DNA of 63,058 nt from Pseudomonadota bacterium (lineage in GTDB: Bacteria; UBA10199; 2-02-FULL-44-16; DYJF01), in NCBI GenBank assembly GCA_043823065.1, contig JBDRBB010000016.1, positions 1-63,058 of the forward strand. The letters are read 5' to 3'. This document shows, piece by piece, positions 18,701 through 26,978 of the stretch. The notes beneath the pieces are model-generated. The model ran no database searches. It was given only the letters and a program-made list of their open reading frames with translations, and was not told the DNA's origin. The number at the start of each line of letters is the position of its first letter. The first letter of the stretch is position 1. A program made the position numbers and the translations under genes.

Positions 18701-21107
18701 TTTTGACTCCACCGTTTCCACCATCTTTGCAATAGATGCTGCCGTTGCCCGCACCATTGTAAGCAAAGATGTTGTTCTGAATGTTAGCAGTTCCTGTATC
18801 TCCGTCATAAAAAATTCCATAGGAGCCTGCAGAACCACTAAAGGCAGCAAAGGCAATGGTATTATTTAAAACATTATTGCCGCCTTCCCAAACAGAAATC
18901 ACATGATCATAAGTATTTCCCACAAACAAATTGTTGAAAATATAGGAATTTCCTTGTGCTATTTCCACAGAGTGGTCGTGGCTGTTGGCAAATAAATTAC
19001 CTCTAATCACAATACAATTATCTTGGTCAGAAGCTGTACAACCGGGTTTTCCACCTGATCTAGTAAAGTGAACCGTGGCATTATGACTTGCTGAATTACC
19101 CAATCCATAAAATTCATTATTATATATTTTGGCATAATTATAAAAAGTGTAATTATTATCAAAGGCAAAAACTGCGCTGCTATTTGCATTGCTCTTATTT
19201 GAATAAAATTTATTATTTTGAATAGTTGGCGAAGCTTCAGCAAATAACCAAATTATTCTAGCTCCACTTACATTCGCTCCAATAAAATCTATATTTTGAA
19301 CCAACGTTGTATTGTTATTATCTGTAAAAGCTAAACTGGTATAACCACTTGCTGCTGGGCCAATGGTTGCTACATTATTTCCTTCTAAAACAACATTGCT
19401 ATCTACAACATAACTACCTGTATATGTGCCTTGAGCCAGATATATAGTATCTGGCGAACCATCTCGATTATCAGCTTTTTCCAAAGCACGGTCCAAAGAA
19501 CATCGAGTCAAATCTGTTTGACAATTATTGCTGATAGACCCGGCTGGCTCGGCATAGAGCTTACTGTTATAGGCAGCTCCATGTGGTTTATTATCACCGT
19601 CTAAGACATATTCAAAGGCGCCAACATCGATATCAGCCACTCCATCACCTATTGTAATACTATTAGCTGCATCATTTGCTACATCATTTATTCTGGGATT
19701 GCCGCCATAATCTGTGTTCATGAGATTATCGATATCAATATAGTTATCTGTGCTGTTGTAACCACCATCCACGGCCCATGATCTGTATGATATTTGACCT
19801 GTTGTGATTGCTACTTGCCGGTTTGCAACTAGGTACGAACTCATATATGTAGGAACATATACATATAATCTTTCATCTCCTGCGCTTTGGTCATTGTCAT
19901 AAATATAGACAATGAATTTATGGGCATAACTTACGCTGTCTTGTACGCCGTCAGGTTGCAAAATTAGGAATTGGCCTATCCACTCATCATCTACCCAACC
20001 AAGATCACCGCCATTCATAACAACTTGACAATAACTACCTGAACAACTGGAACTCTTGATGGTGGCTTTTGATCTTTCTGGATAATAAAGCCTGGCTGCT
20101 TCAAAGATTTGATCACTAGTCTGCACCGCACAGCTACCTGCGGTATCAATATCAGCGTTGTGATTTCCAGAAATTAGATTACGGTAAATCACATCGCCAC
20201 CATTACTTGTGCAATACATGGGTTGTATCCAAGTATTATTAGCAATAATGTTATTGATTATAATCGCGCTGGCTGTGCCGTCTTTTCTAATGCCATAATA
20301 ACTTGGAGAAGCTGCATTACCAATAATCGTGTTATTGGCAATTACGTTTCCAGTTCCATCCAGTTCAATTAAATCATCTGAGGAAGTATTGGCAGTTAAA
20401 ATATTATTATAGACAATGGTATATCCATTAACATCAATCGGATTATCATAAGTGATACCGTTAATAACATTTCTGGCAATCACTGCACAGTTGGTTTCTG
20501 AAGTTGCTGGCGCGCAAGCTGAATTACCAGCTTGAGTAAATCTAACACCGCCATCTCTAAAACTACTGATCACATTATCTTTAATTTTGGCAAAAGTGTT
20601 TGCTACAGTATTGATAATGCCGCCGCCATTTCCTGCAGCTTGATAAGCTATAACTTTTGTGTTTTGAATTGTTGGCGAACCAGCTGTGATATTTATGGCA
20701 TTGTAGCTATAATCATTGGTAACCGTTATATTCTCAATAATGGTGTCATTTTCAATAGTATTAGCATTAATTATTATCGTGTGAGCATTTAAGCTGCTAT
20801 CAGCAGAAATGATAACCGTATCTTTATCAACACCGCTTAGGATGAGTTCTTCTATTAAATTGATAGCTGAAGTTCTGGTATAAGTTCCTGCAGTTAAAGT
20901 AATAACATCCACGCCATCAGAAGCATCAATGCGATTATCAGCTAGAGCTGTCTCAATGGTGCAAGCATTGGCAGCATCATCGCACGTTCCATTACCAAGA
21001 GCAGCTGGGGCAGCATAGATCTGTGCAGCCTGCGCCACACCTGCCATGCCTATAAAAATAGCTAGAAAAAGAATTACCCCCCCGATTTTGGCAATTATTC
21101 TCTGCAT
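12762..21107 (-). CDS. Giant surface protein/adhesin: 3 parallel beta-helix modules, 4 Calx-beta repeats, Ig/PKD-like domains, FG-GAP propeller, C-terminal hydrophobic hairpin with lipobox
   Basis: Signal peptide AQA; Asn-ladder repeats ending D.GA.E (choice-of-anchor-Q-like); four P(T/S)(V/I).F...TITAQLS...DD...E..ETV repeats; GDxNGDGxxD FG-GAP motifs. Confidence 0.85.
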   Translation of the reverse strand: MQRIIAKIGGVILFLAIFIGMAGVAQAAQIYAAPAALGNGTCDDAANACTIETALADNRIDASDGVDVITLTAGTYTRTSAINLIEELILSGVDKDTVIISADSSLNAHTIIINANTIENDTIIENITVTNDYSYNAINITAGSPTIQNTKVIAYQAAGNGGGIINTVANTFAKIKDNVISSFRDGGVRFTQAGNSACAPATSETNCAVIARNVINGITYDNPIDVNGYTIVYNNILTANTSSDDLIELDGTGNVIANNTIIGNAASPSYYGIRKDGTASAIIINNIIANNTWIQPMYCTSNGGDVIYRNLISGNHNADIDTAGSCAVQTSDQIFEAARLYYPERSKATIKSSSCSGSYCQVVMNGGDLGWVDDEWIGQFLILQPDGVQDSVSYAHKFIVYIYDNDQSAGDERLYVYVPTYMSSYLVANRQVAITTGQISYRSWAVDGGYNSTDNYIDIDNLMNTDYGGNPRINDVANDAANSITIGDGVADIDVGAFEYVLDGDNKPHGAAYNSKLYAEPAGSISNNCQTDLTRCSLDRALEKADNRDGSPDTIYLAQGTYTGSYVVDSNVVLEGNNVATIGPAASGYTSLAFTDNNNTTLVQNIDFIGANVSGARIIWLFAEASPTIQNNKFYSNKSNANSSAVFAFDNNYTFYNYAKIYNNEFYGLGNSASHNATVHFTRSGGKPGCTASDQDNCIVIRGNLFANSHDHSVEIAQGNSYIFNNLFVGNTYDHVISVWEGGNNVLNNTIAFAAFSGSAGSYGIFYDGDTGTANIQNNIFAYNGAGNGSIYCKDGGNGGVKNNLIYGNLKDEVTTSNCTVLASDQIFHDPGFFAPSSTYTTVQSTQASPDNTNRYRIYLNNDVGADDAWVDNNYKYFLVAELDGIATGDKGRHMTAYPIMDNGNDGNEWVDIDYRTSSFVTDHLQTGRNVYITNLQPYYGSWAVDNGADTQNIITAAKLGNDFANQSRTVNISDQDGIVFGDDVYDIDIGALEYPANGAPFTVDNVPLGTSGADALYASPNGCSSEGQNCDCKSLAEACTWQRALDRAINRDNTNDFTMGDIDTINITAGTTTTKNVSVKKDVVITSSNVETTMIQPSDGNAMTLTGVHNDTIIQNLKFNVNNSLNDSGIQLFYGNGPIIQNNIIDSYVVGSYGGLGVYAPFQTAAKVIGNRFHGHYYYYGLQAYEGGKSTCAADNEDDCFVAKRNIFSKVCLSTGSVFFADNYSHVYDNLFVGNKCNNTQLGSQALSTTYNAIFNNTIYANLTGAATTTYITSTFSGSDELHNNIIVNNYGRSMSCRSEGIGRVTHNMINGNNNDVPYENSCTVSDTIAADPAFQEIAGTGSTVSSRSSQGDNKRRIMVNGNPGWTDDAYIGKFLITEVDGVCASYDEHNAFYIYDNGSDWVDVWISDNNTNEDEDFLCNGRNVHITDFKMSASGGIDAGLATTDSIIDLDTIWTTDFLGAPRVQGLNIDVGAVEGQALPTVNFTIANQSGDEDVGTFTITAQLSSTSGNNVSVPYTLGGTATQGAGADYTITASPIIITAGQLNNTITITVNDDSMYEPAETVIVTMGSPTNAEKGATTVHTATINASDSQPSVAFTVAAQNGAEDVGTMTITAQLSNPSYQNISVPFTLGGTATQGAGADYTITASPVAISAGDTEASIVIVVNNDSLDEDDETVIVTMGAPTNAIQGVIKVHTATILDNDAAPTVTFTSGSQNVNENAGTATITAQLSAESGKNISVPFTALGGTATQGAGNDFTITASPLAIGAGSLTADITITVNNDTMDEDDETVVVVMGNPLNATQGATTNHTATILDDDAAPSISFTGSDQAVAETIGNVTITAQLSAVSGKNVSLPFTVGGTAIGGGTDYSYIPASPLTIAAGGTQASITVTIVDDGISEGAETIIYSMGAPTNASLGASTTRTITINANSVTLTGVFDAPQCTSDNPLVCNIDSCAALTFRLLVSGHSNITQSLIDAPAGSSLAQVQNGNTNTATFSWPAACEEGTYNFSIKALAGSGDNITKTVRVIVESAQTAPTVSATAGKLTYISNEQVYIRAIGQDADGDPLTYQWQQTCGADIGIGNGYAQQNLTFNMLNLESLPEARQKMRFCFRVIANDGLNDSAPASIAIWGIKREIRADSVATQIEDLADGDVVGYGNITGEVNELIARIPEDGNTSIEVTSFSSKAVLATYEVPSNYALSALQIANVGESSYDDIIFGVHETSNNRGAVFIAYGPDIADSELSVEGINGLNTIITGVNPNTELGLDANLGRFLAVGNVDGQDNIKDIAITGLRSAYILLGSEDTDPLFEMNELDQTVANLRNTREIWLADINHDGLDDFVYMNNQTPLTYFGPFTGGFLVDLIEENFALNEDIAERPDYNVGMSYGGVALSSGDYNGDGIEDIAVGNANLNQVFIFYGKSSFDQITGFDLADVVITGADAGDQFGVRLGTGYFDDDSISDLVISAYGDDGPDNETPDSGAIYVLYGSTDLEASISASGLLVIYHDSESEEGGIRLYSYDLNGDGISEVIYGTSVHKTIITYMSLLAGADNEILITLGENNPVAQELSATVHDDLVVMQLKATNVHEDDAVLESLTISGGGNAHDLYDVAAVRLYVDADGNGLLENTDYQLGEEKQYDTDDGDITFDNFELVLASGQSAYILVVYDISLAMTYSSHGLSIISATPNFDTLALNFMLIVPLLLLIGLRSNKVSKVLVLSLAVIMLIGLAGCSDQSATSEEGVTFNVSVSANANVTAKSIVTDEGIGVVGAPVTSNTVSIR

Positions 21108-21133
21108 AAAGCCTCTTTACTATAGAGGTTATA

Positions 21134-21176
21134 AGCAAGAATGATACCAGCTCCCTATTTATTTAACTTATTGATT
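21134..21176 (-). promoter_or_regulatory. sigma54 promoter plus IHF site for the giant adhesin
   Basis: Minus strand CTGGTATCATTCTTGCT (GG-N10-GC, 21134-21150) and AATCAAtaagTTA (21164-21176), a perfect WATCAANNNNTTR match. Confidence 0.7.
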
Positions 21177-21329
21177 TTATTGATTTTTTGTTGAGGATTT
21201 TTATATAATGATAGCAAAATAGCCAAAAATCCTTCTGATTAGTCAATTTATTGACGATTTAAAAATGAGATTTTTTCTTTTATTTCAATAGATTATCTAG
21301 TAAATTAGGTTTGTATCATTTTGAATAAA

Positions 21330-22636
21330 ATGAAAAAAAATCTATTTAAAATTATTCTTTATATTCAAATAGTTATGGGACTTTTAGCTGCATCTAGCAC
21401 TGGGTTTGCGCTAACCAAAAGTTTCAATGTCATCAATTTCAAGCCAGCAATCGGCAAATCCAAATATTTTACCACTTATGACAACCAATTCCTCTTTCAA
21501 AAAAGTTTTTTGCTCGGCACCTATTTTGATTATGCTTACTCGCCTTTGGAATTTACTTTAGCTTCAGGCAACAAACTCAAATTTATTCAAGATTTTTTAG
21601 TCTTGGATATCTATGGCACCTATGCCCTATTTGACTGGTGGGAAATTGGCTTGGATGTGCCCATTGTTCTTTTTAATAAATATATTGATCCAATAACCAG
21701 AATTGGTTCCTATAAAAGTTCACTTAGCGATCTACGGTTAGTCAGCAAGTTTCGTTTATTAAATCCAGAGTTATATAAAGTGGGTATTTCTTTGATTCCA
21801 TTTATTGATATTCCCACCAGCATTGGCGACACCTATTTGACCAACGGCACGCCAGCTGGCGGAGCTTTAGTGGTGTTTGATTATTCGCCTGTGGAATATT
21901 TTTCTCTAGCCTTAAACACTGGCTATCTAACCCGGGCTCGTTATACAGATCAATATGGGGCTGATATTGATGATCAATTTTTATATTCATTGGGTTTAGT
22001 TGGCGGTCCGTTTCGCAAATTTTCAGCAATCCTGGAAGTTGCAGGCAGTACAGATATAGACACTTTTTTTAAAAACAGTTTTAAATCTCCTTTAGAAATT
22101 CGTGCTGGTCTTAGCATGGCCCTTACTAAAGATTTCACCCTAAAAGTTGGCGGAGGCAGAGGTTTAAGAGGCGGTGCTGGTGATCCTAGTTTTAGAACTT
22201 TTGTGGGCTTAAGTTATGAACATACGGTTCAGCCACAAGCCCTAGAGCCCAGCAATTTACCAGCTGAATATCAGGCTGAGTTAAATATGGCTTTGATTGC
22301 CAAGATCCTTAATCAGTATAGAGTTTTTTTTACTGTTGGCAGTTATAAATCAGTCCGCGTTATTATGATCAACTAGATGAGATTACCAATTTACTCTTGA
22401 ATAACCATGAACTCATGCTGGAAATTAATGGTTATGCTTCAGCAGAAGGAACCAATCAGTTTAATCAAACATTGTCTTCCCTGCGCGCTTTGGAAGTAGA
22501 AAATTATTTGGTTAAGCGTGGCGTTGCGCCTGACCGCTTAATTCCCCAGGGTTTTGGAACTGCCAATCCTATTGCCAGCAACTCTACGCAAGAAGGACGC
22601 GAAAAAAATCGGCGCGTTGAATTTTCAGTGCGCTGA
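21330..22636 (+). pseudogene. OmpA-family outer-membrane protein (beta-barrel + peptidoglycan-binding domain) split by a 1-nt frameshift
   Basis: Barrel ORF runs into VFFTVGSYK; adding one A at 22347-22349 continues ISPRYYDQLDEIT... into INGYAS..NQ.LS..RA..V...GFG..NPIA.N...GR.KNRRVEF. Real lesion or assembly error. Confidence 0.8.
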
Positions 22637-23659
22637 ACCTACAAAACGCATACCTATTGAAAGAAAAACGGTAAAATCAACACTTGGCCCGCTGCTGGTA
22701 ATATCTTCAGCAAACCCAAACTGCCACATCAAATCATGGTCATAAATCAAACCCGGCTCTTCTCCTTTAAAACCAATAGTTAGATCAAGCGGAACTCCGT
22801 CCCACTCTCCCATTTGCGTGCCTGTTAATTGGGGAGTTTGGCCATTAAGCTGGGCAATAACACTCCAGGTTGGCAAAAGCGTTACTTCAAAAGCTGCCAT
22901 ATAAGAAAAAAAATCATCATGAGTTAGACTTACCAAGGCATCATCTCGGCTAGCCACATAATAAGCTGTATTAAGATAAGCATGAAATCTTTTATAAGAT
23001 TTTTCCAGGGCTAAACCAAAACCATAATCAAGATTACCATTGCCTAAACCGCGTGAACCAGCGCCAGTTGGAAATTTAAGTTGGAAAAACCAAGATAGTT
23101 CTGGCTGATATTTTTGTTCAGCCAAAATATGCTGTTTATAATAAAAGCAAAGATCGCCTAACCCCATTTTTTGACTATTAATATTATAAATATTTTGACC
23201 ATTTTCCTGCAGACGAAACATAAACTGATTATCTGGCACTAAGTTTCGTCCTGCATTAGGAAACCCAAAAAAATTATGAAATTTTTGAATAAATGGATCT
23301 AAAAAACCGCCCCAAGTGTGGATAAAAGGAAGTTCCACACCAACTTCCATATTTTCGCGCGGCGCATATCTGGCATTTAGGCCAATCCGCCACAGTTCCA
23401 TATCTGCCCGCAGCCAATATCTGGAAGTTGCTCCGTTTTCAAAAATATTTGAATATGCAGAATCAAGTCTGACTTCCAAGGTATCTGGCGCCAAAATTTT
23501 TGCGCGCATTGGTTGGAGATTAATGGTCTGCAAATAAAATGGGTTTTGATTGCGAGTGGTGATAGGACCAAATGAAGAATAAGTTTTAGCAATTCCAGTG
23601 CAAGGAATTAAGCAAATGAGGACAAACAAAATTATGAAGGTCAATGGTCTATTGTCCAT
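22625..23659 (-). CDS. DUF3187-like exported/outer-membrane protein
   Basis: Signal peptide after MDNRPLT; GP..TRNQNPF, GGFLDPFIQKFHNFFGFPNAGR, LKFPTG; start moved to ATG 23659 because the longer ORF overlaps trxB. Confidence 0.7.
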   Translation of the reverse strand: MDNRPLTFIILFVLICLIPCTGIAKTYSSFGPITTRNQNPFYLQTINLQPMRAKILAPDTLEVRLDSAYSNIFENGATSRYWLRADMELWRIGLNARYAPRENMEVGVELPFIHTWGGFLDPFIQKFHNFFGFPNAGRNLVPDNQFMFRLQENGQNIYNINSQKMGLGDLCFYYKQHILAEQKYQPELSWFFQLKFPTGAGSRGLGNGNLDYGFGLALEKSYKRFHAYLNTAYYVASRDDALVSLTHDDFFSYMAAFEVTLLPTWSVIAQLNGQTPQLTGTQMGEWDGVPLDLTIGFKGEEPGLIYDHDLMWQFGFAEDITSSGPSVDFTVFLSIGMRFVGSAH

Positions 23660-23673
23660 GATCCATGGTCGAA
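23639..23673. repeat. Heptamer tandem array (GGTCnAT x5)
   Basis: ggtcaat ggtctat tgtccat gatccat ggtcgaa. Confidence 0.65.
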
Positions 23674-24590
23674 AGATATCTCTCAGCATCAATTGCTGCC
23701 ATACAACCAGTTCCAGCTGCCAAAACTGCTTGGCGATAGGTAACATCCTGAACATCACCTGCAGCAAATACACCAGCTACATTGGTTTTCATGGAAGTCT
23801 TGGGTGTAATGATATAACCATTTTCATTCAGCTCCACCTGACCTTTAAATATTTCTGTATTTGGTTTATGCCCAACAGCTATAAAAACTCCTTCACAAGC
23901 AAGTTCGCTCATTTCATTGGTTTCAACATCCTTAAGCTTAACGCCTGTCACCTTTCCTGCTTTAACATCCATGATTTCTTGCAAAACTTTTTTCCAGGCA
24001 AATTCAATTTTTTTATTGGCAAAAGCTCGCTCTTGCAAAATCTTGCTGGCCCTTAATTCATCACGGCGGTGCACCACAGTTACTTTGTTCACAAAATTGG
24101 TTAAGAAAAGCGCATCTTCAATTGCTGTATCACCACCTCCAATAACCACCACATCTTGCCCCTTAAAGAAAAAACCATCACACGTAGCACAACCAGAAAC
24201 TCCTTTACCACGCAATTTTGTCTCAGATTCCAAGCCCAACCAAATTGCAGAAGCGCCAGTGGCAATGATCACGGTTTGAGCTAGATATTCAGTTTCATCA
24301 ACTTTTAGCAAAAGAGGCTGTTTTGAAAAATCAACGCTGGTTACAGAACCGTTAATAATTTTTGTGCCATGATGCTCGGCCTGCGCCCGCATATCTTGCA
24401 TAAGCTGAGGCCCATTTACTGGTTTGGGAAAACCAGGAAAATTTTCAACATCAGTAGTAATGGTTAATTGGCCACCAGGTTGTGGACCTGCAATCAATAC
24501 TGGATTCAAGTTGGCTCTGGCCGCATATATTGCAGCGGTGTAACCCGCAGGCCCTGAGCCCAAAATAAGCACCTTAATTGTTTCAGCCAT
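23649..24590 (-). CDS. trxB: Thioredoxin reductase
   Basis: GSGPAGYTAAIY, CATCDGFF, GGGDTA, VFAAGDVQD..YRQAV; likely start MAETIK at 24590. Confidence 0.98.
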   Translation of the reverse strand: MAETIKVLILGSGPAGYTAAIYAARANLNPVLIAGPQPGGQLTITTDVENFPGFPKPVNGPQLMQDMRAQAEHHGTKIINGSVTSVDFSKQPLLLKVDETEYLAQTVIIATGASAIWLGLESETKLRGKGVSGCATCDGFFFKGQDVVVIGGGDTAIEDALFLTNFVNKVTVVHRRDELRASKILQERAFANKKIEFAWKKVLQEIMDVKAGKVTGVKLKDVETNEMSELACEGVFIAVGHKPNTEIFKGQVELNENGYIITPKTSMKTNVAGVFAAGDVQDVTYRQAVLAAGTGCMAAIDAERYLSTMDHGQ

Positions 24591-24607
24591 TATGATTCTC
24601 CCATTTT

Positions 24608-24690
24608 TTGTCATCGCGAGGAGCGTAAGCGACGTGGCGATCCAGGATTTATCGGGATTGCTTCGTCACTAAAGTTCCTCGCAATGACAA
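24608..24690. repeat. REP-like palindromic element (GTCATyGCGA...TCGCAATGAC family), intergenic copy
   Basis: ttgtcatcgcgagga...tcctcgcaatgacaa inverted ends; related copy inside prmC. Confidence 0.75.
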
Positions 24691-24692
24691 TA

Positions 24693-25937
24693 TCAAACTC
24701 TCTCTATCTCAGCTCCTAATGCACCCAATTTTTTTTCCAGGCTTTCATATCCCCGGTCCAAGTGATAAATACGATTAACTTCAGTGATCCCCTTGGCAAC
24801 CAACCCTGCCAATACCAAACAAGCACTGGCTCGCAAATCTGTGGCTTGCACCGGTGCACCAACCAAACTTTTTTTTCCCTTTACCACAGCTGTTCCACCA
24901 TCAATGGTAATATCAGCACCCATACGACTTAGCTCTGGAACATGCATAAAACGATTTTCAAAAATTGTTTCCTTAATCACACTTGTGCCATTGGCAATAG
25001 TCATCAAAGACATAAACTGGGCTTGCACATCTGTGGCAAAACCCGGATATGGCGCTGTCGTCATATCCACACTTAAAATATCTTCTGGCCCACTCACTTT
25101 AAGCGCCCCATCTACAATATCAAAACCAATTCCCACTTCAGTTAATCTCAGCATTACGGTGTCTAAAGAACTAAGCGGCGCATTTTTAATGGAAATATTT
25201 CCCTGAGTCAAAGCAGCAGCAATAATCAAAGTTGCAGCTTCAATACGGTCTGGCATAACTGTATGTGAACTTGGTTTTAACTCTTTAACACCTTGAATAA
25301 CAATTTTATCAGTACCAGCACCTTTAACCTTGGCCCCCATTTTATTTAGATAATTAGCCAGATCAATCACTTCCGGCTCTCTAGCTGCATTTTCCAAAAC
25401 AGTTTTACCTTTGGCTAAACAAGCAGCCATCATAATATTTTCTGTGCCAGTTACCGTAACTTTGTCGAAAAATATATTGGCGCCTTTAAGTTCTTTTGCT
25501 TTTACTTCCACCAAACCATCATGAAGAGTAATATCAGCGCCCATGCTAGCTAAAGCTTTTAGATGCAAATCAATAGGACGAGCGCCAATTGCACAGCCGC
25601 CGGGCAAAGAGACTCTGGCATGTTTCAGGCGCGCCACCAGAGGGCCCATCACTAAAACTGAAGCACGCATAGTTTTCACCACTTCATAAGGCGCATCATC
25701 AGCCCGAATCTCGTCAGCATTGATGGTCAAAACATCTGTATGATCACAAGTTGCACCCAAATGCTGCAAAAGATATTCCATGGTCTTGATATCACGCAAC
25801 TTGGGCACAGCTTGAAAAGTATGAGTGCCGGGAGCCAGGAGAGCTGCGGCCATTAAGGGCAAAGCTGCATTCTTGGCACCGCTCACCTTAACTTCACCTT
25901 TTAACTGTTTTCCACCTTTTATAATGAATTTTTCCAT
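24693..25937 (-). CDS. murA: UDP-N-acetylglucosamine 1-carboxyvinyltransferase
   Basis: [37 protein letters not shown]. Confidence 0.98.
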   Translation of the reverse strand: MEKFIIKGGKQLKGEVKVSGAKNAALPLMAAALLAPGTHTFQAVPKLRDIKTMEYLLQHLGATCDHTDVLTINADEIRADDAPYEVVKTMRASVLVMGPLVARLKHARVSLPGGCAIGARPIDLHLKALASMGADITLHDGLVEVKAKELKGANIFFDKVTVTGTENIMMAACLAKGKTVLENAAREPEVIDLANYLNKMGAKVKGAGTDKIVIQGVKELKPSSHTVMPDRIEAATLIIAAALTQGNISIKNAPLSSLDTVMLRLTEVGIGFDIVDGALKVSGPEDILSVDMTTAPYPGFATDVQAQFMSLMTIANGTSVIKETIFENRFMHVPELSRMGADITIDGGTAVVKGKKSLVGAPVQATDLRASACLVLAGLVAKGITEVNRIYHLDRGYESLEKKLGALGAEIERV

Positions 25938-25970
25938 AAAAATTAAGCCGCCTTGGCGGCAACCTTCTCA

Positions 25971-26060
25971 CCTCTCCCTTGAGGGGAGAGGCGGGGTGAG
26001 GGTGATATTATGCACCCTTGATCACCCTCCCCTTCATCCCCTCCCATCAAGGGAGGGGAA
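25971..26060. repeat. REP-like double hairpin (CCTCTCCC...GGGAGAGG family) overlapping the prmC 3' end
   Basis: cctctccc/gggagagg, gagggtgat/atcaccctc and cccctccc/gggagggg hairpins. Confidence 0.75.
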
Positions 26061-26978
26061 ATTTCTACATATCAGATACCTTCCAATTCCCGCCAAATCT
26101 TTGCGAATCTCAATTAATTGATACCTTCTCAAGCTTGCTGCATATTCTTTTAAGATGCCTGCCTGGCCAATACCAATTTCCATAATTAGCGTTGCGCCTG
26201 GTTTTAAGTAGTTGGCAGCTTTTTCCAATATCTTTTGAGAAATTGCAAGCCCTTCGCTTTCTGCCACCAAAGCCTGAATTGGTTCATATTTTCTAATATC
26301 ATCTGCTAAATCCTGCCATTGCGATTTAGAAACATAAGGAGGATTGGAAACGATTAAATCAAAAAACTGTCGATCGTCGGTCGTCGATCGTACTTTGTCA
26401 ATTGGTTCAAAAAGATTACCACTAAAAAAAGTAACTCTATCTGAGGCAAAAGCTAAGTTTTCTTTGGCTACAGCTAAAGCCTTTTCTGATATATCAGTTA
26501 CGCAAAATTTTGCCTGAGGAAGTTCTGTGGCTAAAGCTGCAGCAATACAACCACTGCCAGTGCAAAGATCTAGAATACTTACTTTGTCATTGCGAACAAA
26601 GGAAAGCAATCCCCCGGTCTCTCCGGGATTGCCACGGCCCCTTTGGGGCCTCGCAATGACCAAGTCCACTATACCCTCTGTTTCTGGCCTGGGAATTAAA
26701 ACATCTGGCGTCACCTTAATCTGACAGGACCAAAATTCTTTATAACCAAGAATATAAGCTATTGGCTCGCGCCTAACCCTTCTGGCCACCAAGGAATTGA
26801 ATTGATCCAACTCGGCTGGGCTTAAATTTTCCTCTTTTTTTAAATAAACTTCCACTCTGGAACAATTAAGCAAATGCGCCAATAAAACTTCTGCATCTAA
26901 CTGGGCTGTGCCAATGTTTTGCTTTTCAAATTCTTTTGTGGCCCAGGTTAATGCTTTTTTAATAGAAATATTATCCAT
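26034..26978 (-). CDS. prmC: Release factor glutamine methyltransferase, with repeat-derived in-frame insertions
   Basis: VLIPRPETE, DLCTGSG, SNPPY; immediately downstream of prfA. Confidence 0.97.
   Translation of the reverse strand: MDNISIKKALTWATKEFEKQNIGTAQLDAEVLLAHLLNCSRVEVYLKKEENLSPAELDQFNSLVARRVRREPIAYILGYKEFWSCQIKVTPDVLIPRPETEGIVDLVIARPQRGRGNPGETGGLLSFVRNDKVSILDLCTGSGCIAAALATELPQAKFCVTDISEKALAVAKENLAFASDRVTFFSGNLFEPIDKVRSTTDDRQFFDLIVSNPPYVSKSQWQDLADDIRKYEPIQALVAESEGLAISQKILEKAANYLKPGATLIMEIGIGQAGILKEYAASLRRYQLIEIRKDLAGIGRYLICRNFPSLDGRG
26586..26660. repeat. 75-bp palindromic element inserted in frame in prmC
   Basis: GTCATTGCGA...TCGCAATGAC, 25 codons encoding VIARPQRGRGNPGETGGLLSFVRND. 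Confidence 0.8.

Noticed and set aside
22324..22331. T8 tract as a phase-variation site explaining the OmpA frameshift
   Set aside because: The downstream frame has a TAA at 22346-22348, after the tract, so slippage there cannot restore the protein.
23660..23773. Long N-terminal extensions called for the DUF3187-like gene (and similarly cinA, mnmA, rplT, infB, coaE)
   Set aside because: They overlap upstream genes or repeat arrays; downstream ATGs fit RBS position and family N-termini better.
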